From IMG/VR virus record IMGVR_UViG_3300044212_000089: a stretch of DNA of 64,000 bases. One strand, written 5' to 3'. Under the pieces are notes generated by a model. It saw only the letters and a list, made by a program, of their open reading frames with translations, was not told where the DNA came from and did no database searches. The stretch's first letter is position 1, and the number at the start of each line of letters is the position of its first letter. The position numbers and the translations under genes were made by a program. Source of the stretch: an uncultured virus (IMG/VR IMGVR_UViG_3300044212_000089) (lineage: Duplodnaviria; Heunggongvirae; Uroviricota; Caudoviricetes). This document shows, piece by piece, positions 29,266 to 37,161 of the stretch.

Positions 29266-30525
29266 TCAGCCCATGTCCGGCGGCCCGACCTCCTTCACGA
29301 GATCGGCATACTGGAGCCTCTTGCCATCCCGGACGACGGACACGTTCTGCGGATCGCCGGTGTCCTCCACGTAGCGGCGGAGGATGACCGACGCGTATTT
29401 CGGGTCGAGCTCCATCGTCATGCAGGTGCGGTTCAGCTGCTCGCAGGCCATGAGCGTGGAGCCGGAGCCGCCGAAGGTATCAAGGACGATGGCGTTCTCC
29501 TGCGTGGAGTTCCGGATCGGGTAGCCGAGCAGGTCGAGCGGCTTGCTGGTCGGATGGTCCTTGTTGCGTTTCGGCTTGTCGAAATTCCAGATGGTCGTCT
29601 CGGAGCGTCCCGCGTACCACGGGTGCCTGCCGTTCTGGAGGAATCCGTACAGGACCGGCTCGTGCTGCCACTGGTAGTCGGAGCGGCCGAGCACGAGGCT
29701 GTTCTTCACCCAGATGCACACGCCCGCGAGATGGAATCCCGCGTCGACGAACGCGCGCCGGAAGGTGAGCCCCTCGGTGTCGGCATGGAAGCAGTAGGCG
29801 GCCCCGCCTTTCTCGAGGTGGTCCGCCATATTCTTGAACGCGGAGAGCAGGAAGTTGTAGAATTCCTCGCCCTTGAGGCCGTCGTTCCGGATGGTCAGCC
29901 CGTCCGACGCCTTGAAGGAGACGCCGTACGGCGGGTCGGTCAGGACGAGGTTCGCGCGTTTGCCGTCCATGAGTGTGGTTACATCTTCCGGCTTGGTTGC
30001 GTCGCCGCACATCAGGCGGTGCCTTCCGACCGTCCACACGTCGCCGGGCTCGACGAACGAAGCCTTCTCCAAGGCGGCCGTCAGGTCGAAGACGTCATCC
30101 TCGATGCCGGTGCCGTCGCTTCCGTTCAGGAGCTTCTCGAGCTCCTTGTCGTCAAAGCCGAGGAGCGACAGGTCGAAGGACTGATCCTTGAGGTCGGTCA
30201 GTTCGACGGAGAGCATGTCCTCGTCCCATCCGGCGTTCAGGGCGAGCTGGTTGTCGGCGAGGATGTATGCGCGTTTCTGCGCCTCGGTGAGGTCCTCGGC
30301 GAACACGCAAGGGACGGTCCTGTAGCCTTCCTCGCGGGCGGCCATGATCCTACCGTGGCCGACGAGGATGTTGTAGTCTTGGTCGATGACCGCCGGGGAG
30401 ACGAATCCGAACTCGCGGAGGGATGCACGAAGCTGCGCGATCTGCTCCTTCGAGTGCGTCCGTGCGTTCCTCGCATACGGCACCAGTCTGTCGAGCGGCA
30501 CCTGTTCCAGTCTTTGTGTGTTCAT
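29266..30525 (-). CDS. ParB-like domain fused to N4/N6 DNA methyltransferase
   Basis: YARNARTH...GHGR...ADN; TDPPY; HPTSKP; LDTFGGSGST. Confidence 0.92.
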   Translation of the reverse strand: MNTQRLEQVPLDRLVPYARNARTHSKEQIAQLRASLREFGFVSPAVIDQDYNILVGHGRIMAAREEGYRTVPCVFAEDLTEAQKRAYILADNQLALNAGWDEDMLSVELTDLKDQSFDLSLLGFDDKELEKLLNGSDGTGIEDDVFDLTAALEKASFVEPGDVWTVGRHRLMCGDATKPEDVTTLMDGKRANLVLTDPPYGVSFKASDGLTIRNDGLKGEEFYNFLLSAFKNMADHLEKGGAAYCFHADTEGLTFRRAFVDAGFHLAGVCIWVKNSLVLGRSDYQWQHEPVLYGFLQNGRHPWYAGRSETTIWNFDKPKRNKDHPTSKPLDLLGYPIRNSTQENAIVLDTFGGSGSTLMACEQLNRTCMTMELDPKYASVILRRYVEDTGDPQNVSVVRDGKRLQYADLVKEVGPPDMG

Positions 30526-30528
30526 GTC

Positions 30529-31080
30529 CTACAGTCCCTTTCTTGCGCGGAGCAGCCGTTCCATCACGTCGTCCTGCACGTCCGCGCCGTTGTAATCCGT
30601 CAGGCAGTTCTCCTTCACGACCTGGTAGATCTGGTACCAGAGCTGGTTGGCCTGCTTCATGTAGTTCTGCGACATCGTGACGAACGGGGACGCGATGGGC
30701 TTCCCGCTGGTCGGATGCTTGGAGAGCATCGAGTAGCGGGAGATCGCGTGCTCGCACTGGATCCACCGGGCGACGCTCATCGCATACTGGTCGATGAGCT
30801 GCCGGGAGACGAGCTTCTCGCAGCCGAGGCCCGCGAGCCACTCCCAGGTCTCCTTGAACACGTCCGCCGCGCACAGGTCGATGCCGCTTTGCTGTTTCTC
30901 GAGCATGTAGTCACGCGGGTCCGGCGCTTCGCGCCCCTCCATGTCCGGAGGCTCAGGGAGGTCCATGATCCGAAGCTTCCTGCCGCCGGGGTTCCCCGCG
31001 TCGATTTTTTCCTTGATCGCTTTGCTCGGGCGTCCCTGCCCGAAACGCTGACCGCCTCTGGCAGTTCCGTCCTTCGCCAT
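30529..31080 (-). CDS. terS: Terminase small subunit, P27 family
   Basis: MAKDGT.RGG, GNPGGR, HPTSGKPIASP, DDVMERLL. Confidence 0.85.
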   Translation of the reverse strand: MAKDGTARGGQRFGQGRPSKAIKEKIDAGNPGGRKLRIMDLPEPPDMEGREAPDPRDYMLEKQQSGIDLCAADVFKETWEWLAGLGCEKLVSRQLIDQYAMSVARWIQCEHAISRYSMLSKHPTSGKPIASPFVTMSQNYMKQANQLWYQIYQVVKENCLTDYNGADVQDDVMERLLRARKGL

Positions 31081-31109
31081 GAAATATCCGCTCCTTCGAA
31101 GCCCGCGCG

Positions 31110-31199
31110 GGGCTATTCCTCGTTTGTTTTCGCTTTTTTCGCACGGAAGACCCCGCGCCGTTTTCCGCAGCGCCGCCTCGTAGAGATTTCAACCGCCCC
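31110..31199 (-). other. Putative cos/packaging region
   Basis: Non-coding gap between HNH and terS, where HNH-P27 TerS phages usually have cos; exact cut site not identifiable. Confidence 0.45.
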
Positions 31200-31384
31200 T
31201 GATAGGTACCCCGAAAATTGGACAGCCATTGATTGAAATTCGGTAATGAGGAATCAAAACACCGAACAGAAAAGAGAGTCGGAAATCAAATATTCGGACA
31301 GATATGAAATCCCGCAGCCAATGGCTGGACAGATTATGGTATAATATCCGTGATTGATTTTCGCCCTCGGAAAAGGAGAAAACA

Positions 31385-31909
31385 ATGGCTAAAGACGGTA
31401 CCAATCGCGGCGGAGCCAGACCAGGAGCCGGTCGCAAAAAGAAAACTGGTGAAGGTGTGTACGAACACGTTACCTTCACCGCAGAGCAACTAAAAGAACT
31501 CACGGATTCACCTCATGTATCAAGCGTCTCCAGCAAGTCGGTTTCATACACGAAAGCTTTCAAGACGGTGGCGTGGCAAAGATACTGCGACGGCATCGAC
31601 CCGATACAGATATTCGCAGATGCCGGATTGAACACTGAAACGCTTGGAAGGGCTCGTATTCTCGGCTTTTTCAAACTTCTGCGGGAAGCAAAAGCCAAAG
31701 GGCTTTCGTTTACTGAGGGGAACGAGCCGTATCCAAGCGATGCGGAAAAGGCAGGCTCGTTCCCAACACCACCAAGGAGAGCTAACCGAGGGCGTCCTCC
31801 CGTCATGACCGACACGGAGATAAACAAGCTCGCCACGAAGGTGGCGTATATGTCGCAGGAGCTGGAGTTTCTAAAAAAAATTATCTTAGCGGAGAAGAAG
31901 GAGAAATAG
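31385..31909 (+). CDS. IS3 OrfA with TerS-like N-terminus
   Basis: Ends QELEFLKK over A8 (31873-31880); the -1 frame is open into OrfB. Confidence 0.85.
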   Translation: MAKDGTNRGGARPGAGRKKKTGEGVYEHVTFTAEQLKELTDSPHVSSVSSKSVSYTKAFKTVAWQRYCDGIDPIQIFADAGLNTETLGRARILGFFKLLREAKAKGLSFTEGNEPYPSDAEKAGSFPTPPRRANRGRPPVMTDTEINKLATKVAYMSQELEFLKKIILAEKKEK

Positions 31910-31911
31910 TC

Positions 31912-32970
31912 ATGTACATGAATGGCTCTCCCAAAATTCGCTACGAGATAATCGCTAAGACAATTGAACGGGATGATAACCTGCTGAACATTTCATACCT
32001 GTGCGAACTTGCCGGCGTTTCTCGCTCCGGCTTCTACTACTGGCAAGGTGGAGAACATTACCGTCTGGCGGCAGAAGAACAAGATAGAAAGGATTTTGAG
32101 CTTGTACTTGCCGCATTCCAGTACCGTGGTTATGCAAAAGGAGCGCGAGGCATTCACATGAGGCTTCTGCATCAGGACCCACCCGTGAGAATGAATCCGA
32201 AGAAGATTCGCCGCCTGATGAAGGGATTTCATCTCGTGTGTCCTGTTCGGAAGGTGAATCCGTATCGCTTGCAGGCCAAGAGGCTTCAGGAAAACCGTAT
32301 AGCGCCGAATATACTCAACAGACAGTTTAAGGCATATGGGCCGCGTACAGTGCTGCTGACGGACATTACATATATTCCGCGCTATTCACACCATGAGCCA
32401 AAGGTCAAATATTCCTATGTGTGCGTCATTATGGACGCATTCACAAAAGAGGTGCTCGCCTGCGTGTGCAGTCCATCCTGTGAGACGGATTTTGTTTTGG
32501 ATGCCGTGAACCAACTCATGGAAAAGCATGGTGCAGAACTAAACACGGACGTTCTTATCCATTCGGATCAGGGCTGCCAGTATACAAGCTCAAGGTTTGT
32601 GACCATATTAAGCGATTATGGTTTGAGACAATCCATGTCTCGTCGGGGCAACTGCTGGGATAACGCTCCGCAGGAAAGTCTATTCGGTCATATGAAGGAT
32701 GAAATCCGCACAAACGCCACGGACGGGCACGATAAGATTGAGCGCAAGGTCTTGGAATGGGTCGATTATTACAACAACGAAAGATACCAATGGAGCCTTG
32801 CAAAGCTGTCTCCGGCGGAGTACTACCACTTCGTAACTACGGGCGAATATACGCTGCCGCTTGACAGCAACGGGGGCTCTGCCCCCGAACCCCCGGAGTT
32901 TAACGCTTTTGTTTCCAAGGAAGGCAGAGAAAAAGACGAAGCCGAAGCTCCGCCTTCCCCGCAAACCTGA
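31912..32970 (+). CDS. IS3 OrfB DDE transposase
   Basis: GVSRSGFY, TDITY, HSDQGCQY, SRRGNCWDNAPQES. Confidence 0.95.
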   Translation: MYMNGSPKIRYEIIAKTIERDDNLLNISYLCELAGVSRSGFYYWQGGEHYRLAAEEQDRKDFELVLAAFQYRGYAKGARGIHMRLLHQDPPVRMNPKKIRRLMKGFHLVCPVRKVNPYRLQAKRLQENRIAPNILNRQFKAYGPRTVLLTDITYIPRYSHHEPKVKYSYVCVIMDAFTKEVLACVCSPSCETDFVLDAVNQLMEKHGAELNTDVLIHSDQGCQYTSSRFVTILSDYGLRQSMSRRGNCWDNAPQESLFGHMKDEIRTNATDGHDKIERKVLEWVDYYNNERYQWSLAKLSPAEYYHFVTTGEYTLPLDSNGGSAPEPPEFNAFVSKEGREKDEAEAPPSPQT

Positions 32971-33113
32971 CAGACCGCTCGGGTCGCTCTCCAGCGTTGC
33001 CCTATCCTGTATGTCAGTAAAGCAGGTAAATTATACCACGAGACTACCGCACAAACTCGCTCCGAGATTTCAAACAATCTCACGTTGTCCGAATTATGGG
33101 GAGCACTTCACCC

Positions 33114-33467
33114 CTACCGGTCGCCGCGCTCTTTATGTATCTTCTCGTGACACGACCTGCACAGGCTCATGAGGTTGCTCTCGTCGTTCGTGCCGCCTTC
33201 CGACAGGGGAACAATGTGGTGGACTTCCTCGACCGCAACGTAACGTCCTTGCTTCAGGCACATCTCGCAGAGAGGATGCTTGTGGACGTAGCGTGTGCGG
33301 ATGCGCTGCCAGGAGCGTCCGTATCGTTTGCCGGTCGAGTAGCCGCGCGTGAACTTCTCGTAGTGCTTCTCCATCAGAGCCTTGTGCTCCGGGCAGTACT
33401 GTTCGCCGTCCTCGCACAGGTTCGGGCAGCCCTGATAGCGGCAGGGCCGTTTCGGTTTCATTGGCAT
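33114..33467 (-). CDS. Packaging-associated HNH endonuclease
   Basis: PLCEMC...VHHIVP...NLMSLCRSCH. Confidence 0.92.
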   Translation of the reverse strand: MPMKPKRPCRYQGCPNLCEDGEQYCPEHKALMEKHYEKFTRGYSTGKRYGRSWQRIRTRYVHKHPLCEMCLKQGRYVAVEEVHHIVPLSEGGTNDESNLMSLCRSCHEKIHKERGDR

Positions 33468-33580
33468 AGCGTTTGCCGCCTCCCTTCGGGCATAAGAAAA
33501 GCCCTGCGGGCGCGGTGCTCGCAAGGCTTCGTGGTTCTTCTTATGGTTTTCGCTATTGTAAGGATAACACAGAAGGCGTC

Positions 33581-33616
33581 TGCCATTCTGTGCCAAAGTG
33601 TGCCAAACCGTGCCAA
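33581..33616 (-). repeat. Four TGCCA boxes with exact 10-bp period; likely late-activator site
   Basis: TGCCA at 33581, 33591, 33601 and 33611. Confidence 0.8.
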
Positions 33617-33621
33617 CTTTT

Positions 33622-34035
33622 CTAATCCGGCATTGTGAAGTTCTGAAGTGCCGATCCGTGGATGCGGTGTACGGTGCGGAGGCTGACGTTCAGCATGCTG
33701 GCGATCTCCTCCCATGTGCAGTTGTCGATGTACCGGTAGCGGAGAACCAGCTGCTCCTCGGGATCAGCCAGCAGGTCGATACGCGCGTTGATCTCGTCCC
33801 GCAGCGTAATGAGCTGCGCCACCTTCTTCTCCACGTCGGCCTGTATCTCGTCGATCTTGTGGAGGCAGGTGACGAAGTGCGCGTCGCTTGGCGTGTTCGG
33901 GTTCCTCGGCATGCCGTCGTAGCGCATGCCGCTGACGCTGGTGGACATTTCCCTCCAGTAGTCGATCTCCCGGAGCCGCGAGTGGATCAGCGCATCCAGG
34001 TGCTTGGCCTGATTCAGATATTGCTTCGGAGTCAT
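33622..34035 (-). CDS. ArpU/RinA-like late transcriptional activator
   Basis: KQYLNQ...VLRYRYI...WEEIA...TVHRIHGSAL; last gene before the packaging module. Confidence 0.8.
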   Translation of the reverse strand: MTPKQYLNQAKHLDALIHSRLREIDYWREMSTSVSGMRYDGMPRNPNTPSDAHFVTCLHKIDEIQADVEKKVAQLITLRDEINARIDLLADPEEQLVLRYRYIDNCTWEEIASMLNVSLRTVHRIHGSALQNFTMPD

Positions 34036-34253
34036 CTCATCACCTCCTCGTTGAGCTTTTTTATCAGCATCTCGCCGTCAACCGTCGTCAGCGCCTGATA
34101 CCACTGGGACCGGAAGAACCGTTCGACGGATTCCTTCTCCGTTTGCGCGGCCTTGTTCCGCGGGTTCATGCGCAGGGCCTTCAGTGCTGTCCGGTAGTCG
34201 CGGACAGCCTGCAGGATGACGGCGTTGGCGAGATTCTCGTAGGGGTCGTTCAT
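34032..34253 (-). CDS. Small conserved phage protein
   Basis: YENLANAVILQAVRDYR...ERFFRSQW. Confidence 0.8.
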   Translation of the reverse strand: MNDPYENLANAVILQAVRDYRTALKALRMNPRNKAAQTEKESVERFFRSQWYQALTTVDGEMLIKKLNEEVMR

Positions 34254-35602
34254 CGCATCACCGCCTTCACCGCAGCGATAAGCGCTGACTGCGTCTTGTC
34301 CTTGCGTTTCAAGGCGTTGAGGATCTGCCCGTCAATGGTGCTCGCAGTGACGATGTGCTGGATGACGACGGTCCGGCTTTTCTGGCCTTGCCGCCAGAGC
34401 CTTGCGTTCGTCTGCTGGTAGAGCTCCAATGACCACGTGAGGCCGAACCAGACAAGCGTCGATCCGCCGGACTGCAGGTTGAGCCCGTGACCGGCGGAGG
34501 CCGGGTGGATGACTGCTACAGGAATATTGCCCGCATTCCAGTCATCGATGTCCTGCGACGACTTGATCTCCCGGACGTCGAACCGTCTGCGGATTCTCTC
34601 CAGATCGTGCCGGAACCAGTAGGCGACAAGCAGCGGCTTCCCGTTCGCGGCCTCGATGATGTCCTCCAAGGCGTCGAGCTTCCGGTCATGGAATTCGATG
34701 ATCTTCCCGTCGTCGGAGTAGATCGCGCCGTTTGCAAGCTGAGAGAGCTTCCCGGTAAGCGTTGCCGCGTTCGCTGCGGTGATCTCGTCGCCGTGAAGTT
34801 CCAGCACCAGATCGTTCTTCAGCTCCTCGTACCGTTTGCGCTCCTCGGCGGACAGCTGCACCTCGTACTGCGTGGAGATGAGCTCCGGCATCTTCAGATG
34901 ATCGGTCGACTTCATGGAAATCGTGATATCCGAGATTTTCCGGTAGATCGCGTCCTCTGCATACGGCAGCGGCTTGTAGGAGTAGATGATCTCGCCGTTG
35001 CGCTTGTCGGGCATGAAGTAGGCCGTCCGGTACTGGGTGATGAAGCGTCCGAGACGTTCTCCCTTGTCCAGCACCTTGAACTCCGCCCACAGATCCATCA
35101 ATCCGTTGCTTGATGGCGTGCCGGTGAGGCCGATGATCCGCTTCACCTTGGGCCTGACCTTCATCAGGGCGCGGAACCGCTTTGACTTGTGGTTCTTGAA
35201 GGAGGAGAGCTCGTCCAATACCACCATGTCGTAGGTGAAGGGAATGCCGGAGTCGTCGATCAGCCATCCAAGGTTCTCCCGGTTGATGATCGTAATATCC
35301 GCCTGTTGCATGAGTGCCGCCTTGCGTTCCCGTGCGGTTCCGACTGCAACGGCGTAGGTGAGACCGGAGAGGTGCTCCCATTTCCTGATTTCAGCGGGCC
35401 AGGTGTCGCGGGCCACTCGAAGAGGCGCGACTACGAGAATCCGGCTGACCTCGAAGCTGTCAAACAGAAGGTCGACGGCAGCAGTCAGCGTGATGATGGT
35501 TTTCCCAAGACCGCAATCAAGGAAGATGGCAGCTGTGTTGTGAGTCTCGATATAGGAGACGCAGTATTTCTGGTAGGAATGAAGGTCACTTAGTTTTTGC
35601 AT
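34250..35602 (-). CDS. SNF2-like phage helicase
   Basis: GLGKT, DELSSFK, LTGTP, GHGLNLQ, QTNARLWRQGQ. Confidence 0.93.
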   Translation of the reverse strand: MQKLSDLHSYQKYCVSYIETHNTAAIFLDCGLGKTIITLTAAVDLLFDSFEVSRILVVAPLRVARDTWPAEIRKWEHLSGLTYAVAVGTARERKAALMQQADITIINRENLGWLIDDSGIPFTYDMVVLDELSSFKNHKSKRFRALMKVRPKVKRIIGLTGTPSSNGLMDLWAEFKVLDKGERLGRFITQYRTAYFMPDKRNGEIIYSYKPLPYAEDAIYRKISDITISMKSTDHLKMPELISTQYEVQLSAEERKRYEELKNDLVLELHGDEITAANAATLTGKLSQLANGAIYSDDGKIIEFHDRKLDALEDIIEAANGKPLLVAYWFRHDLERIRRRFDVREIKSSQDIDDWNAGNIPVAVIHPASAGHGLNLQSGGSTLVWFGLTWSLELYQQTNARLWRQGQKSRTVVIQHIVTASTIDGQILNALKRKDKTQSALIAAVKAVMR

Positions 35603-36098
35603 TTTCTTCGGCCTCCATTTCTTTTATCTGCTTGATGAACCATCTCAATTCGCTGTGGTGGTGAGCGTGTGCACTTTGCGACGGAAAAACGACCAGATTC
35701 TCGGGAGAATTGTTGTATCGGTTTCCGTCACGATGGTGTACGACTTCTCCGGGCATCAATGACCTTCCAAGCATCTGTTCAGCTACGACGCGATGTGCGG
35801 CGAGTCCATGGATTTTGGAATAACCGTCGCATCTGCCTTTTCCGAGGCGGGATTCTCTGAGTTTCTCCTTGGTCTCAGGCGTCATACGATCCGGGTTGAG
35901 TTCCTCGTTTAGCTTTGTTATGTGCTGGCTTATGTTAGTGAAGTCCTTGAGGCTGGCATAGCCGTCTGGGTTCTTCGCTTTGCTGCTGAAATCCGCGAGG
36001 CATTGTCTGCTGCAGAAGTGGTGCTTCTTGCCTTTAAGCTGGGCTGAATCTCGGAAGAATTCACGTCCGCACCAATCACAGACTATTTTCAATTTCAT
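35586..36098 (-). CDS. Free-standing HNH homing-type endonuclease
   Basis: CDWCG...FCSRQC; HRVVAE...VHHRDGNRYNNSPENL. Confidence 0.85.
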   Translation of the reverse strand: MKLKIVCDWCGREFFRDSAQLKGKKHHFCSRQCLADFSSKAKNPDGYASLKDFTNISQHITKLNEELNPDRMTPETKEKLRESRLGKGRCDGYSKIHGLAAHRVVAEQMLGRSLMPGEVVHHRDGNRYNNSPENLVVFPSQSAHAHHHSELRWFIKQIKEMEAEENAKTK

Positions 36099-36363
36099 CT
36101 ATCACACCTCCGATCTGTTCTGGATTGTCGATGACATAGACGCGGAATCCGAGTTTCCGCAGGAGTCGGTGCCGTGCATATTGCAGTCTTCTTGGCTTCT
36201 TTCCGGGTGCCTTGAGCTCTGCGAAGGCGATGCGTGCGCCGGGCAGCAGGATGATCCGGTCCGGCATCCCGTCGAAGCCGGGTGAGACGAACTTCGGCGC
36301 GATGCCGCCGCGGCGCTTCACCTCGCTGGCGAGTTTCTGCTCGATCTGCTTTTCACTTCTCAT
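36076..36363 (-). CDS. VRR-NUC domain nuclease
   Basis: GMPDRI...FAELKAPG. Confidence 0.9.
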   Translation of the reverse strand: MRSEKQIEQKLASEVKRRGGIAPKFVSPGFDGMPDRIILLPGARIAFAELKAPGKKPRRLQYARHRLLRKLGFRVYVIDNPEQIGGVIDEIENSL

Positions 36364-36917
36364 GGTTTCACCTCCGGAACCGGGTCGGCCAGGTTGAATG
36401 CGGCGTAGGCTGCGGAGAGGAAGTCGGTGATCGGCTTTCCCTTGTATGTCCAGACGCACTGGCCGTTGTATTTGACGCCGAGGCGCTCCGGGTTGTGGCG
36501 GCTGCGCCCGATGAGGATCTGCTCTCCGTGGTAGGTGAGACTCCAGCCGTTTGTCGTCCTTGTCCATTTGCGTTTCGGGAAGCTGCGTTTCCGCTTGGAG
36601 CGGTTTCTCATCAGCCGTTCGCGGTCCTTGGCGGCGAGGATGTCGCCTTCCATGATTCCGGCGCAGATGCAGCCGACGGATACATCCTCGAAGTAGTCCG
36701 GGTGCGTCATGACGTGAACGTAGCGGACCTTGGTGCAGCCGCACAGCTCGCATGCGTGGAGCGGTGCGTTCCAGTCGTCATCACGTACGTCGTAGATCTC
36801 CTTGCATGTCCATCCGGAGAACGGTGCTCCCCAGCTGCGTAGTGTCTTCTGGCAGCGGGCGAGATAGCTTTTGTCCTTTAGGCCGTCAATGCCTAAGACT
36901 TGTCCTGAATTGTTCAT
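36360..36917 (-). CDS. Cys-rich hypothetical protein
   Basis: CELCGC...VGCICAG; RBS GGAGG; coupled to the VRR-NUC gene. Confidence 0.7.
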   Translation of the reverse strand: MNNSGQVLGIDGLKDKSYLARCQKTLRSWGAPFSGWTCKEIYDVRDDDWNAPLHACELCGCTKVRYVHVMTHPDYFEDVSVGCICAGIMEGDILAAKDRERLMRNRSKRKRSFPKRKWTRTTNGWSLTYHGEQILIGRSRHNPERLGVKYNGQCVWTYKGKPITDFLSAAYAAFNLADPVPEVKP

Positions 36918-36954
36918 GGTGTTAAAACCTCCGTGCTTTCAACGTTTTTGAGGC

Positions 36955-37160
36955 TTTGTCCCTTTTGTCGCTTTTGTCCCTCTATCCGTATTTCCATATG
37001 GTTTTGTAGAAGAATTGATAATAAATAAATAAGTCTTTTTTGCTTTTTATAGGGGTTCGGACAAAAGGGACAAAACCCTGAAAGCCGCATGGATGCTGAT
37101 GTTTTCGTGTCCCTGAACCTGTCCTGAAGGTCAGGACAGGCATAGGACGAAATGACAAAA
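36955..37160. repeat. Candidate replication origin
   Basis: TTTGTC x3 at 9-bp period, AT-rich core, then inverted GACAAAA copies. Confidence 0.55.
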
Positions 37161-37161
37161 C

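Larger units (their letters stand above)
31200..33110 (+). mobile_element. IS3-family insertion sequence, 1911 bp
   Basis: TG...CA ends; IRL TGATAGGTACCCCGAAAATTGGACA versus IRR (reverse complement) TGAAGTGCTCCCCATAATTCGGACA; CCCC on both flanks. Confidence 0.92.
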
